Assembly: GCA_002269645.1 (NCBI GenBank)
Contig: NIVC01000032.1
Span: forward strand, 558,001-622,000
Source of the DNA: Macrostomum lignano
Taxonomy: Eukaryota
DNA: 64,000 bases
Direction of reading: 5' to 3'
Shown: piece by piece, positions 10,843 through 24,070 of the stretch
How positions within the stretch are numbered: the stretch's first letter is position 1
Layout: each line of letters opens with the position of its first letter
Position numbers and translations under genes: made by a program
The notes under the pieces: generated by a model
What the model was told of the DNA's origin: nothing
Seen by the model: the letters and a program-made list of their open reading frames with translations, nothing else
Database searches by the model: none

Positions 10843-11444
10843 CCCATAGTCCAGATGGTGTAATGTGGTACACCGGAAGGAAAAAGGAGGATTCCCAAGT
10901 GGTACGCCAGTGGTACGCCAAAAGAATATATATTGATATATAATCGTATGTTAATGTTAGTACAAAAGAAATAATAAACATTTTGACTTTGAAAATATGG
11001 CGGACAAACTTTAACAATTATTAAAAAATAACAGATATAATCAGCGCTCAGAAATTTATTTACCAATAATACTAGGCTAAATTATTTTATTAATATATTT
11101 ATAAAATGATTAATCAAGTTATACAATGCAGGAAAAAATATATGCAATTTGTTACGTAAAATACATTGTCGTGTGATGTAGTTGTATCTTGTATGTCGTA
11201 ATTTACGCAAAATTACAAAAAGTTTTTACTCTGGCTACAATTTTTTTGCCTGGTGGTGCCAATGGTACGCTAAATTGCTAAAAGTGGTACGCCAATTCAA
11301 CTTCAACTTGGTGGTACGCCAAAGGTGGTGCGCCAAATGCTTTTTCAAATCGGTGGTACGCCAATGGTGGTACGCCAATTTTTCGGAAAACTTATTTGGT
11401 ACGCCGGAAATCTCTGGCGTACCAGTCACCTTCCGGAGTATGGG
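10843..11444. mobile_element. Non-autonomous TIR element with CCCATA...TATGGG ends, 6-7 bp TSD and subterminal repeats
   Basis: Imperfect TIR of about 30 bp; (g)ccttta on both flanks; about 10 copies of gtggtacgcc clustered near both ends. Confidence 0.7.
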
Positions 11445-12461
11445 CCTTTACTTGTTTACTTGCCTTCTATCTCTCTCTCTGCCATGGCTCTAGCCACGCC
11501 TCCACCACTCTCAGCCATGCCACTTCTACTACTTAAGCTATCTACCTTATTGTTGTGTAGCCACCAGTGCATTTGTTACGCCTTGTATTTTGGTTAACAA
11601 TAAATCAAGTCTGCAGCCATTTATTGTATTAATGTTCACTAACTCTACTGCCAAGTGCTACTGCTACAAATTTGCCTCTGCCACATTCATTTGCCTTTGC
11701 TCATTCTCAAGGCCGCCACACTTAAATTGTCATAATAGGCGGCATAGGCCTATAATAAAAAGTTATAGCAATTTTAGTGTCATTATGATCATTGGATATA
11801 TAAATGGAATGCCATTTTCCTATCCATGGGCATAAAGCACTGCAATCATTTTTTGCAAAAGTTCATATTTTCCAAGGTCTGGATCATTAGTAATATATGC
11901 CAAAACAAAAACCCTAACTTGGCAAAAGCCTAAATGTATGCCAGTGTACACTGTATAGTGTATACCAAAAATAGAAATTTTTCCTAATTATATAATAGTA
12001 AAATGTATCCCAAAATTTCTCCAAACTTTGTTTATTCTTGTTGAATGCCAAGAAAAAAGTAGCATGATTTAGCCTTAGGCCCCAATAAAGAATTTGTAGG
12101 CTTATGTCAATATGCATATGCCAACTTTTAATAATCAACATTGTTTTAATGCATAGGATAGATACAATGAATACCAGATATTTCAATGAAAAGTTGTTTT
12201 GATGATACATTTCAGTGACAAATAGTCATTTTGGTGACAAGTTGCTTTTGTAATAGATACACCTCATTTTTTATGAAAAAGTATTTCATAAGTATTATCA
12301 TTTTAATAAGAGGTACTTTATAATATTAGGCCTAGCTTGTAGTTATTTTGTTAAGATTTGTTTTATATATATATTTAAAAAATTCATTGAAAGATTGACA
12401 TACATGTATTTAAGAAAAGAAATCAAACTAATTATATTGTTTTTTCCTGTCTAGTCCAGAT

Positions 12462-13235
12462 GGCTCATTCCATATAAGCATGGTTGTAACATGACAGGCT
12501 ATTTTTACTTATAAAATGAAATATAATAATAGAATATACTAAACCAATATTTTAAATGAAAGATAATTTTGTCAAAAATATTTTTATAGAGTTTCATGTA
12601 GATATCATCATTAGTATAGATGCTATTAAACCTTGAATGGCACTTATGGTCGTAACAACAGGATTTTTGACATATAGAAACTAAAAGGTAAAAGTCTTAT
12701 AACATTTTTATTTTTGATATTTTGCAATACATTTTTTAAAATTTGACTAAGAACATCTTTAGTAATCATACTCTTATTAGAATATATAAACTCAAAAAGG
12801 CAACAAAGATACAAAAGAAAAGGCAGCCTTATGGTCGTAACATATTTTTTTCTGTCAATTCAGTAACTTTGAGGTACCAATTATATATTAAAAATATAAT
12901 AGATTATTTGGTCACCAATACTTTTATCTGATGATGCAAGTACTATACTTTTATCTATAGTTTGTTTCAACCTTCCAAAGCTTTCTATTTGTTTTTAAAA
13001 GGTACACAAACTTAATGATGTCTTTTGCTTAGAAAAATGTTTAAATTTTTACAAAAATGACTTTTTGCCACTTGATAGCATACTAATCTAACATTTTATC
13101 ATTCATTTATTCTTAGATTGTAGATATTACACATAAAAAACATTTGGTAAAAAAATTGGCTGATAAGGCAATGGCAAGCAAAAATATTGACTTTTTTCTA
13201 TTTTCCAAAAATGTCTATCTTATATGGAATGAGCC
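12462..13235. mobile_element. AT-rich MITE with perfect 17-bp TIRs and 4-bp TSD
   Basis: ggctcattccatataag (12462-12478) is the exact reverse complement of 13219-13235; agat on both flanks. Confidence 0.75.
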
Positions 13236-14814
13236 AGATTGTTTTCAATTGTCCTAGAGTATTCAGACAAACCATAAACTTATATAGAAAATCCTCATGA
13301 AATGCCAACTACGAGAAAAGCAAAGATATTCACTAGATACTGCACGTTTAGATTCGAAAACAATTTAAAGACCACAACTCTATAACTGTATTTGGTAATT
13401 GTAAATAAACAAAATTAATTAAAGCAATACTTAAATTTTTTTTAAAATTGTAAAACTTTAGGTTTTAATATCCTTACAGATTTGCAAAGTAATTTTCTAC
13501 AAGTATTTAAAAACAGAATGGCTATCACTAAAAGGGTATTTTTCTTATCATTGAAAAGACTATTACCAAAATGTCTAATTACCAAAATGACTGTAATCTG
13601 ATACAATTATATATTAGCAAGTAGTATTTTACATTGGAAATAATATGGCTATCAGTAGGCCTATTATATTAGAAAGCATCATTTTGAAGTTTAAAAAATG
13701 CTTTTGCAAAAGAAAAAAACTAGAAAACAAAATTTTGCTTGCCATTATTTATAGAGATTTTTATTTATTTTTATTTTAATTTATATTAAAAAGAAATTAC
13801 CTACTATTATATTTAATAGGCTTACCTTTTGTTATATTCCTTTAAATTTATTATGGTTTCAGTTTTCTAGAAGCATTTATTCTCCTCATTTTTTGTTTAT
13901 TTCTACAAAGTTAGGACAAAATATAAAAACTTTGAATAAGTAATTTTTTATATTTGCATCATTTAAAGAAATAGGCCTAGGCCCTCATTAGAAAGTAGCA
14001 TTTGTCTGCTTTTTAGTTTATATTGTGGCTTTTTAATAATAATTCTTGTTTGTATTTTATTGAGTTTTTTAAGCTAATACTATTTCTAATATTGTTTTCA
14101 CATTTTTAATTTTTTTACCTTGCATATAACTTACAAGACTTGTTATAATAAGCCTATGCCAATATAATACAAAATTAGCCAGTTTTAACCTAATATGATA
14201 GTGAAGAGAAAGAGTAAAAGAAAATAAAAAGATATTTTTAAGCACCTAAGAGATATAAAAAATGGCAGAGGTCAGAGGCTAGAGTTTGCCAATATATATA
14301 TTATATAGGCCTACTTTAGATAGATATTGCCCATCATTTCATGTGGCACCCCAACCAACAATATCAATGCTTGCTTCAAATATTTGAATCTAGGGCTATC
14401 AGCTAAAAAGCTTATGAAATTTCCATCAGTCTCTTGCAAATTGGTAATGGTTAACTAAAGATCAATCCTAACAATAGGCTTTTGTCAGTTGCTACTATAA
14501 GAGCTAAAGGCTAATGCTTACCTAAAACTATCACACAGATTTTCTAATATCAACTGGCTATTAGAGAGAGCCATTTTGTCTCCCAATAAATGTTTTCATT
14601 GGAAAGACTATAGAATATTATTATAAAGGTATAGAAATTTGAATTTAATAGTAAAAGAACTAGAATTATCATGTCTATATTTAAAATGTTTAATAAATTT
14701 CTCTGAAAATATATTATATTTAATATATCTTAATCTTAATTCTGATGCCATTTTTTATCCTATTTTGAAACCCTTAAGTTAAACGGCCTTCAAATCATAG
14801 ATCTTATATTCTGT

Positions 14815-15129
14815 AGATAGGCCACTTTGTATAGCGGTAATAGAGAAAGTGCAACCGCTGTTTTTCGTCACTTGTGTTAAAAAGCCAACATGAGTTGCTT
14901 ATAAATTTAAGTTCAGTAGCTTAGGGACATAGATGCTATATTTTGAGAATTTAATAGAAATTCTCATAAATTGAATAAAAAGTTACTCAATCAAACTAAG
15001 AATGATGCATGCACTGCAGAGACTTCTGACAAAATTGAGTTCAGTAGTTGATTTTTGTGCTGTTGCAAGTTGCAATTTTTTTTACATTAGCTTCTATGGC
15101 CACATAAGTGGTTAATGAGTGGCCTATCT
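14815..15129. mobile_element. Possible MITE with 12-bp TIRs and 3-bp TSD
   Basis: agataggccact / agtggcctatct with tgt on both flanks; short enough that chance is not excluded. Confidence 0.4.
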
Positions 15130-15330
15130 TGTGTATGTATGATCTTTGCTTCAAATTCAGAATGCCAAAATTAAAGTACTAATTCATCATAATATTCTAT
15201 GACACAAAAATCTAAATTTCTTGCATGCTTTTTTATATCATAAATTTGGTGCAATTGTACTACTAAGCAAGTAGTAGTTAGTAGTTTTTAATAAGGGTGA
15301 TTCTCTCGACCACACCAAGGCCAACTTAAG

Positions 15331-18300
15331 ATGGACTCGAACAGAAGCAGCAACATCAGTAACAGTGGTTGTCCAACTGCATTAGCTAAAGCTAATCATC
15401 TACAGTCGCATTCATTTGCACCTACTAATAGTAGTGTCGTTAGTAGTAGCAATAGCAGTAGCAATAGCGGCAGTAGTCACGCAGCTGAAATGCTTAGCAA
15501 AATGAATGAACTGCGCAAGCGTGACTGTCTGTGCGACGTTGACCTGCTAGTTGAAAACGAAGTCTTTCCCGCTCATAGGATTGTGCTGGCCTCGTGCTCG
15601 GATTACTTCTGCGCCATGTTTACTGGAGGGGTGAGTCTGTCAGATATGCTGGCTGACAGTAGTGTCTGTGTCAGATATGCTCACTGACAATAGAAGTCTG
15701 TCAAATATGCTCACTGACAGTAGTGTCTGTGTCAGATATGCTCACTGACAATAGAAGTCTGTCAAATATGCTCACTGACAGTAGTGTCTGTGTCAGATAT
15801 GCTCACTGACAATAGGAGTCTGTGTCAGATATGTTCACTGACAGTAGGAGTCTGTGTCAGATATGCTCACTGACAGTAAGAGTCTGTTAGATATGCTCAC
15901 TGACAGTAGGAGTCTGTGTCAGATATGCTCACTGACAATAGGAGTCTGTCAGATAGGCTCACTGACAGTAGGAGTCTGTGTCAGATATGCTCACTGACAG
16001 TAAGAGTCTATGTCAGATATGAGATATGCTCACTGACAATATGAGTCTGTGTCAGATATGCTCACTGACAATAGGAGTCTGTATCAGATATGCTCACTGA
16101 CAATAGGAGTCTGTGTCAGATATGCTCACTGACAGTAGGAGTCTGTGTCAGATATGCTCACTGACAATAGGAGTCTGTGTCAGATATGTTCACTGACAGT
16201 AGGAGTCTGTGTCAGATATGTTCACTGACAGTAGGAGTCTGTGTCAGATATGCTCACTGACAGTAAGAGTCTGTGTTAGATATGCTCACTGACTGTAGGG
16301 GTCTGTGTCAGATATGCTCACTGACAGTAAGAATCTGTGTTAGATATGCTTGCTGACTGTAGGGGTCTGTGTCAGATATGCTCACTGACAGTAAGAATCT
16401 GTGTCAGATATGCTTACTGACAATAAGAGTCTGTGTCAAATATGCTTGCTGACAGTAAGAGTCTGTGTCAGATATGCTCACTGACAGTAAGAGTCTGTGT
16501 TAGATATGCTCACTGACAGTAAGAATCTGTGTTAGATATGCTTGCTGACTGTAGGGGTCTGTGTCAGATATGCTCACTGACAGTAAGAATCTGTGTCAGA
16601 TATGCTTACTGACAATAAGAGTCTGTGTCAAATATGCTTGCTGACAGTAAGAGTCTGTGTCAGATATGCTCACTGACAGTAAGAGTCTGTGTTAGATATG
16701 CTCACTGACTGTAGGGGTCTGTTTCAGATTGCTCACTGACAGTAAGAGTCTGTGTCAGATATGCTTGCTGACAGTAAGAGTCTGTGTCAAATATGCTTGC
16801 TGACAGTAAGAGTCTGTGTCAGATATGCTTGCTGACAGTAAGAGTCTGTGTCAGATATGCTCACGGACAGTAGGAGGGAAATGTAGGGGCCTGTGTCAGA
16901 TGCTTACAGTATGAATCAGTCAGCGATCTCAATCAGAAATGTCCCAGTATTATAATAGGCTTTCTAATCCAGACTTTCACTTTCAATCCATGCCCCACAG
17001 ATGGAGGAAAGCGACAAATCTTCAGTTGAAATTAAAGGTGTCAAAGCCGACGTAATGAGCGAATTATTGAATTTTGTTTATACGGAGTCTGTTGCGGTGT
17101 GTATGGACAACGTACAAGACTTGCTACCGGCCGCCTCGCTGCTGCAATTAGAAGGTATGTATATAAATTTAATTAAAAGCTTATATTGATATATAATTAG
17201 CTGACGAAGCATAAATAGTCATAGTTACTCAAGCCGTTTACCTTTTCTTAAACTCAAAAAGGCGTTACCGCAGCCTGTTGCGAGTTTCTTAAAAGCGAAC
17301 TGCACCCATCAAACGTGTTGGGCGTCACTAGATTTGCCGAATTGCACAGCTGTCATCAGCTGCAACAAGCTGCTCAGTTGTTCAGCTCCAGACATTTCGA
17401 AGATGTCATTAAGGAGGAAGAATTCTGGTCCATTAGCTGCCAGGAGCTGCTGGAGCTGGTTGAGCGCGAGGACCTGCAGGTGAGGAGAATCGGTCACCTT
17501 GTAGTGTAGATTTCTGAGAAATAACTAAGTACTTATAGTACTTCTTTAGTACTTATATTAGTCTGAGAGTGTCTATATGCTAATGTATTATATATGAGCT
17601 AGTGTCTGCTATCTATGTGCTAGTGTCTGTTGTCCATGAGCTAGTGTCTGTTATCTATGTGTTAGTGTCTGTTGTCCATAAGCTAGTGTCTGTTATCTAT
17701 GAACTAGTGTCTGTTATCTATGAGCTAGTGTCTGTTATCTATGAACTAGTGTCTGTTATCTATGAGCTAGTGTCTGTTGTCCATAAGCAAGTGTCTGTTA
17801 TCTATGAACTAGTGTCTGTTATCTATGAGCTAGTGTCTGTTCTGTTGTCCATAAGCTAGTGTCTGTTATCTATGAACTAGTGTCTGCTATCTATGAGCTA
17901 GTGCCTGTTGTCCATAAGCTAGTGTCTGTTATCTATGAGCTAGTGTCTGTTCTGTTGTCCATAAGCTAGTGTCTGTTATCTATGAGCTAGTGTCTGTTGT
18001 CCATAAGCTAGTGTCTGTTATCTATGAGCTAGTGTCTGTTGTCCATAAGCTAGTGTCTGTTATCTATGAGCTAGTGTCTGTTATCTATGAGCTAGTGTCT
18101 GTTCTGTTGTCCATAAGCTAGTGTCTGTTATCTATGAGCTAGTGCCTGTTGTCCATAAGCTAGTGTCTGTTATCTATGAACTAGTGTCTGTTATCTATGA
18201 GCTAGTGTCTGTTGTCCATAAGCTAGTGTCTGTTATCTATGAGCTAGTGTCTGTTCTGTTGTCCATAAGCTAGTGTCTGTTATCTATGAGCTAGTGCCTG

Positions 18301-21300
18301 TTGTCCATAAGCTAGTGTCTGTTATCTATGAGCTAGTGTCTGTTCTGTTGTCCATAAGCTAGTGTCTGTTATCTATGAACTAGTGTCTGTTATCTATGAG
18401 CTAGTGTCTGTTGTCCATAAGCAAGTGTCTGTTATCTATGAACTAGTGTCTGTTATCTATGAGCTAGTGTCTGTTGTCCATAAGCAAGTGTCTGTTATCT
18501 ATGAACTAGTGTCTGTTATCTATGAGCTAGTGTCTGTTGTCCATAAGCAAGTGTCTGTTATCTATGAACTAGTGTCTGTTATCTATGAGCTAGTGTCTGT
18601 TGTCCATAAGCAAGTGTCTGTTATCTATGAGCTAGTGTCTGTTATCTATGAACTAGTGTCTGTTATCTATGAGCAAGTGTCTGTTGTCTATAAGCAAGTC
18701 TCTGTTGTCTATGAGCTAGTGTCTGTTGCTATAAGCAAGTGTCTGTTATCTATAAGCAAGTGTCTGTTGTCTATAAGCAAGTTTCTGTTGTCTATAAGCA
18801 AGTGTCTGTTGTCTATAAGCAAGTGTCTGTTATCTATGAGCTAGTGTCTGTTGTCTATAAGCAAGTGTCTTATCTATAAGCAAGTGTCTGTTGTCTATAA
18901 GCAAGTGTCTGTTATCTATGAGCTAGTGTCTGTTGTCTATAAGCAAGTGTCTGTTGTCTATAAGCAAGTTTCTGTTGTCTATAAGCAAGTGTCTGTTGTC
19001 TATAAGCAAGTGTCTGTTATCTATGAGCTAGTGTCTGTTGTCTATAAGCAAGTGTCTTATCTATAAGCAAGTGTCTGTTGTCTATAAGCAAGTGTCTGTT
19101 ATCTATGAGCTAGTGTCTGTTGTCTATAAGCAAGTGTCTGTTATCTATAAGCAAGTGTCTGTTGTCTATAAGCAAGTGTCTGTTGTCTATGAGCTAGTGT
19201 CCGTTATCTATCTGCAAGTGTCTATTATCTATGAACTAGCTATATACCTGAGTTAGATCCTTACCTTGAAGTTATCAACTCAAACAAACCATTTAGGTTG
19301 ACAGCGAAGAGTCAGTCTATCAGGCCGTAATGCGCTGGGTCCGTTACGATGAATTGGGTCGAGCTGGTGATCTGCCTGATTTACTTAGCCATATTCGCTT
19401 AGCAACTCTGTCGGCTCGCTTTATCACTGAGGTGCTGGACCAGGAACCGCTTGTACAGGAGAGACATCAGTGTCGTGACCTACTCGACGCTGCAAAACGG
19501 TATCACCTGAGACCGGATTTGAGGCACGAGATGACCGAAGCCAAGTATAGGCCCAGGTCTGGTGCTGACGAGTACATGGTTAGTTTTATTTTACATTCGA
19601 ATGTATAACTTGGGTTTTAGATATTTTTACATTATATATTCCTAGTAATCTCTAATTCCTTTTTTGAAAGGATGAAGGTCGGGGGTTCGATTCTCGACCC
19701 ATTCGGAACAATTTGTGTCGTTGCGCAATACAATTAACTCTGCGTTGCTTCGGCTCGCCCAGCTGTAAAATAGGTGCCAGCATTAGCTGGGGTAATTGAG
19801 GGTGTGTGGCGACCCCCCAGTCCTTAGACTGAACAGCCGTACGCAGCCTTTAGATGCGCCGCGCAATAGCTGCGGCTGAGCTGTCGGTTGCGTATCTGGC
19901 CCAATTGGGAATGTGAAGTAATCAGAGAAAGAAGTTTGGGAGAAATGTGAAGTTCCAGAAGTTCCTATGTTATTTAATTGACTATAGTGTATTCCTATTC
20001 TCGGTAGACTCCGTTTAGACTAAATGACTCCTTTTAGCCTCCCTATGCTAACCTAAACTTGCCCTTAATTTCCTATGTTTAGAGAGTTATATTTCTGTTT
20101 CACTAAGGTCTCTTAAATGTTGTCCCGATGGACTGTCCTGAACGGTTTTCAGCCCTTAGGTTAGGTAAAAGGTTAAACAGCCCTTTTACTAATGGAGGAA
20201 CCCGCTAAGACTCGAATTCCCACAACTTCAATTGTTTTCCCGAGGTTGAACTACTGGTAGTAGAGCAAAAGCAAACTGCTTATACTCTACTCGGGTTATT
20301 AAAATAAATCATCTTGACGAAGGAGAAACTAACTGGCAAACGCCTTAGCAAAATTGCTTTGAACCCCCTATTACATCTGTTAGAACTCACAACACGCACG
20401 CACGCACTCCCCAGGTACTAATTGGCGGATTCGGCAAAGACCAAGCTCCCATCGACAGTGTGGAACTGTTCAATCCTCGCACCGGCAACTGGTCTGGCCT
20501 CACCCCTCTGCCGAAGCGTTACCGCTATGTAGCCGCCGCAGCCATCAAGTCCACCATCTACGCTATCGGCGGTTTCGACGGTCGAGAACGACTCAACGCT
20601 GTGTCATGTTTGGATCTGCAGGACCCCTCGCCAGGTTGGCGCAGCATCACACCGATGCGGCATAAGCGAGGCCTATCAGCGGCGGCTAGTTATCAGGGTC
20701 GGATCTTTGTTTGTGGCGGTTTCGACGGCAGCGTCCGTCTGCGCAGTCTGGAGGTTTACGATCCCAAGATTGACGAATGGCGACTGTTGCAGGATATGGC
20801 CACGCCTAGGGAGGGGGCCGGCCTGCTGGTGGCTGACAATGCCCTCTTCTGTATGGGAGGTGAGAGCGGAGATAGACACAGACTGCTACAGACAGACGCA
20901 GGCTACTACAGACACAGACTGCCACAGACACAGGCTGCTACAGACAGACGCAGACTGTTACAGACAGACACAGGCTACTACAGACAGACACAGGCTGCTA
21001 CAGACACAGACTGCCACAGACAGACAGACAGACAGACACAGACTGCCACAGACAGACAGACAGACAGACACAGACTGCCACAGACAGACAGACAGACAGA
21101 CACAGACTGCCACAGACAGACAGACAGACAGACACAGACTGCCACAGACAGACAGACAGACAGACACAGACTGCCACAGACAGACAGACAGATACAGACT
21201 GCTACAGACAGACACAGGCTGCTACAGACAGGCGCAGGCTACTACAGACACAGACTGCCACAGACAGACAGACAGACAGACTGCCACAGACAGACAGACA

Positions 21301-21373
21301 GACAGATACACACTGCTACAGACAGACACAGGCTGCTACAGACAGACGCAGGCTACTACAGAGACAGACTGCC

Positions 21374-21412
<39 letters not shown>

Positions 21413-21987
21413 CAGGCTGTTACAGACAGACGCAGGCTACTACAGACTCAGACTGCCACAGACAGACAGACAGACACAGGCTGCTACAGACAGACACAGA
21501 CTACCACAGACAGACAGACACAGACTGCCACAGACAGACAGACTGCCACAGACAGACACAGGCTGCTACAGACAGACGCAGGCTACTACAGACACAGACT
21601 GCCACAGACAGACAGACAGACACAGACTGCCACAGACAGACAGACAGACAGACACAGACTGCCACAGACAGACAGACAGACAGACAGACACAGGCTGCTA
21701 CAGACAGACACAGACTACCACAGACAGAAAGACAGACAGACAGACAGACACAGACTGCTACAGACAGACACAGGCTGCTACAGACAGACGCAGGCTACTA
21801 CAGAGACAGACTGCCACAGACAGACAGACAGACACAGGCTGCTACAGACAGACGCAGGCTACTACAGACTCAGACTGCCACAGACAGACAGACAGACAGA
21901 CACAGGCTTCTATAGACAGACACAGAATGCTAGAGACAGACAGACAGACATACAGACACATGCTGCTACAGACAGACACAGGCTACT

Positions 21988-22025
<38 letters not shown>

Positions 22026-22848
22026 TGCCACAGACAGACACAGGCTGCTACAGACAGACACAGGCTGCTACAGACAGACACAGGCTGATGCAGACAGACA
22101 CAGGCTGCTACAGACAGACACAGGCTGCTACAGACAGACACAGGCTGATGCAGACAGACACAGGCTGCTACAGACAGACACAGGCTGCTACAGACAGACA
22201 CAGGCTGATGCAGACAGACACAGGCTGCTACAGACAGACACAGGCTGATGCAGACAGACACAGGCTGCTACAGACAGAGGGATGCTTCAGAGAGCTACGG
22301 ACAGATGGGTATAGACAAGCACAGAGAGACAAAAACAGCTAAACACAGGCACAGCTAGTGGCAGACAGCTACGGTCACACTTTTTACCTCGACATTTCCT
22401 CCCCGCCGCAGGCTACGACGGTGCCCATTTGCTGTCATCGATGGAGCGCTACGACCCGAAGCGAGGCAACTGGTCGAACTGCGAGCCAATGCGAATGCGC
22501 CGTTCCGGCTCCGGATGCGCCGTGGTTGCCGACACGATCTATGTCTGCGGCGGCTACGGCGGCGCGGATGGTCAACAGCCGGTACACCTGGACTCTGTTG
22601 AGGCCTATCACATCCGGCAGGGTCAGTGGAGCTCAATAGTGTGCATGAATATTCCCCGTTGCTACGTGGGCGCCTGTCATCTCAATGGTAAAATCTTTGT
22701 CGCCGCCGGCTACGACGGCACCCAGTTGTTGAGCAGCGTTGAAGCATTTGATCCGATTCGAAATGAATGGCTGCTACACGATGAAGCCGCTTCGTGTATG
22801 ATTTATGGCCGCTGCGACACGGGCATGTGCGTTGTGCGGCTCAAGTGA
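15331..22848 (+). CDS. KLHL12: Kelch-like protein 12 ortholog (BTB-BACK-6x Kelch, CUL3 adaptor), 6 exons, 611 aa
   Basis: Exons 15331-15630, 17001-17154, 17262-17479, 19297-19578, 20415-20859, 22412-22848 (1836 nt). Segments recalled as KLHL12-like: [74 protein letters not shown]. The start codon is less certain. Confidence 0.85.
15633..16872. repeat. 32-bp minisatellite (gtctgtgtcagatatgctcactgacagtaaga) x about 38 in KLHL12 intron 1; each unit holds a gtcag...ctgac inverted pair
   Basis: Direct reading; the array starts within the donor site (gtgagtctgtcag). Confidence 0.93.
17596..19240. repeat. 21-bp minisatellite (gtgtctgtt[a/g]tctat[g/a]agc[t/a]a) x about 78 in KLHL12 intron 3
   Basis: Direct reading; unit variants shift along the array. 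Confidence 0.95.
19677..19912 (+). mobile_element. tRNA-derived CORE-SINE-like element, copy 1 (KLHL12 intron 4)
   Basis: B-box-like ggttcgattc inside a ggtcg...cgacc stem; MIR/CORE-like segment ending cccagctgtaaaat; 3' part about 94% identical to 42944-43160. Confidence 0.65.
20873..22275. repeat. ACAG-based compound repeat (cagacagacacaggctgcta and variants) in KLHL12 intron 5
   Basis: Direct reading; the low T content explains the long stop-free QTDR shadow ORFs. Confidence 0.92.
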
Positions 22849-22933
22849 TTGCTGAGTTTTGAAGGCCTACCTAGCCTTTAGATTTTTATTATTCTAACAG
22901 TCTTTGGAGCTTGTGTCTCCTGTAAGATCTATG

Positions 22934-24070
22934 AGCCTGTGACTGTTATCTATAAGCCTGTGTCTGTTATCTATAAGCCTGTGTCTGTTATCTATAAGCC
23001 TGTGTCTGTTAGCCTTAAGCCTGTGTCTGTTTTCTATAAGTCTGTGTCTGTTATCTATAAGCCTGTGTCTGTTATCTATAAGTCTGTGTCTGTTATCTAT
23101 AAGCCTGTGTCTGTTAGCCTTAAGCCTGTGTCTGTTTTCTATAAGTCTGTGTCTGTTATCTATAAGCCTGTGTCTGTTATCTATAAGTCTGTGTCTGTTA
23201 TCTATAAGCCTGTGTCTGTTATCTATAAGCCTGTGTCTGTTTTCTATAAGCCTGTGTCTGTTATCTATAAGCAAGTGTCTGTTATCTATAAGCCTGTGTC
23301 TGTTAGCCTTAAGCCTGTGTCTGTTATCTATAAGCCTGTGTCTGTTATCTATAAGCCTGTGTCTGTTATCTATAAGCCTGTGTCTGTTAGCCTTAAGCCT
23401 GTGTCTGTTTTCTATAAGTCTGTGTCTGTTATCTATAAGCCTGTGTCTGTTATCTATAAGTCTGTGTCTGTTATCTATAAGCCTGTGTCTGTTAGCCTTA
23501 AGCCTGTGTCTGTTATTTATAAGCCTGTGTCTGTTATGTATAAGCATGTGTCTGTTTTCTATAAGCCTGTGTCTGTTATCTATAAGCCTGTGTCTGTTAT
23601 CTATAAGTCTGTGTCTGTTATCTATAAGCCTGTGTCTGTTTTCTATAAGCCTGTGTCTGTTATCTATAAGCAAGTGTCTGTTATCTATAAGCCTGTGTCT
23701 GTTATCTATAAGCCTGTGTCTGTTATCTATAAGCCTGTGTCTGTATCTATAAGTCTGTGTCTGTTATCTATAAGCCTGTGTCTGTTATCTATAAGCCTGT
23801 GTCTGTTATCTATAAGCCTGTGTCTGTTAGCCTTAAGCCTGTGTCTGTTATCTATAAGCCTGTGTCTGTTAGCCTTAAGCCTGTGTCTGTTATGTATAAG
23901 CATGTGTCTGTTTTCTATAAGCCTGTGTCTGTTATCTATAAGCTTGTGTCTGCTACTTATAAGCCAGTGTCTGCTATCTATAAGCCAGTGTCTGCTATCT
24001 ATAAGCCAGTGTCTGCTATCTATAAGCCTGTGTCTGTTGTCTATAAGCCTGTGTCTGTTGTCTATAAGCT
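22934..24070. repeat. 21-bp minisatellite (gtgtctgttatctataagcct) x about 54 just 3' of the KLHL12 stop
   Basis: Direct reading; shares its core with the intron 3 array. Confidence 0.95.

Noticed and set aside
12220-13595. Outer inverted match agtcattttggt / accaaaatgact suggesting a nested element
   Set aside because: Only 12 bp in very AT-rich DNA with no consistent TSD; cannot be distinguished from chance.
20860-22088. Read-through of KLHL12 exon 5 into a QTDR-repeat tail of about 400 aa (542-aa ORF)
   Set aside because: The T-poor repeat lacks stops by composition; a good donor at 20860 and acceptor at 22411 restore the Kelch repeat (GG|YDG).
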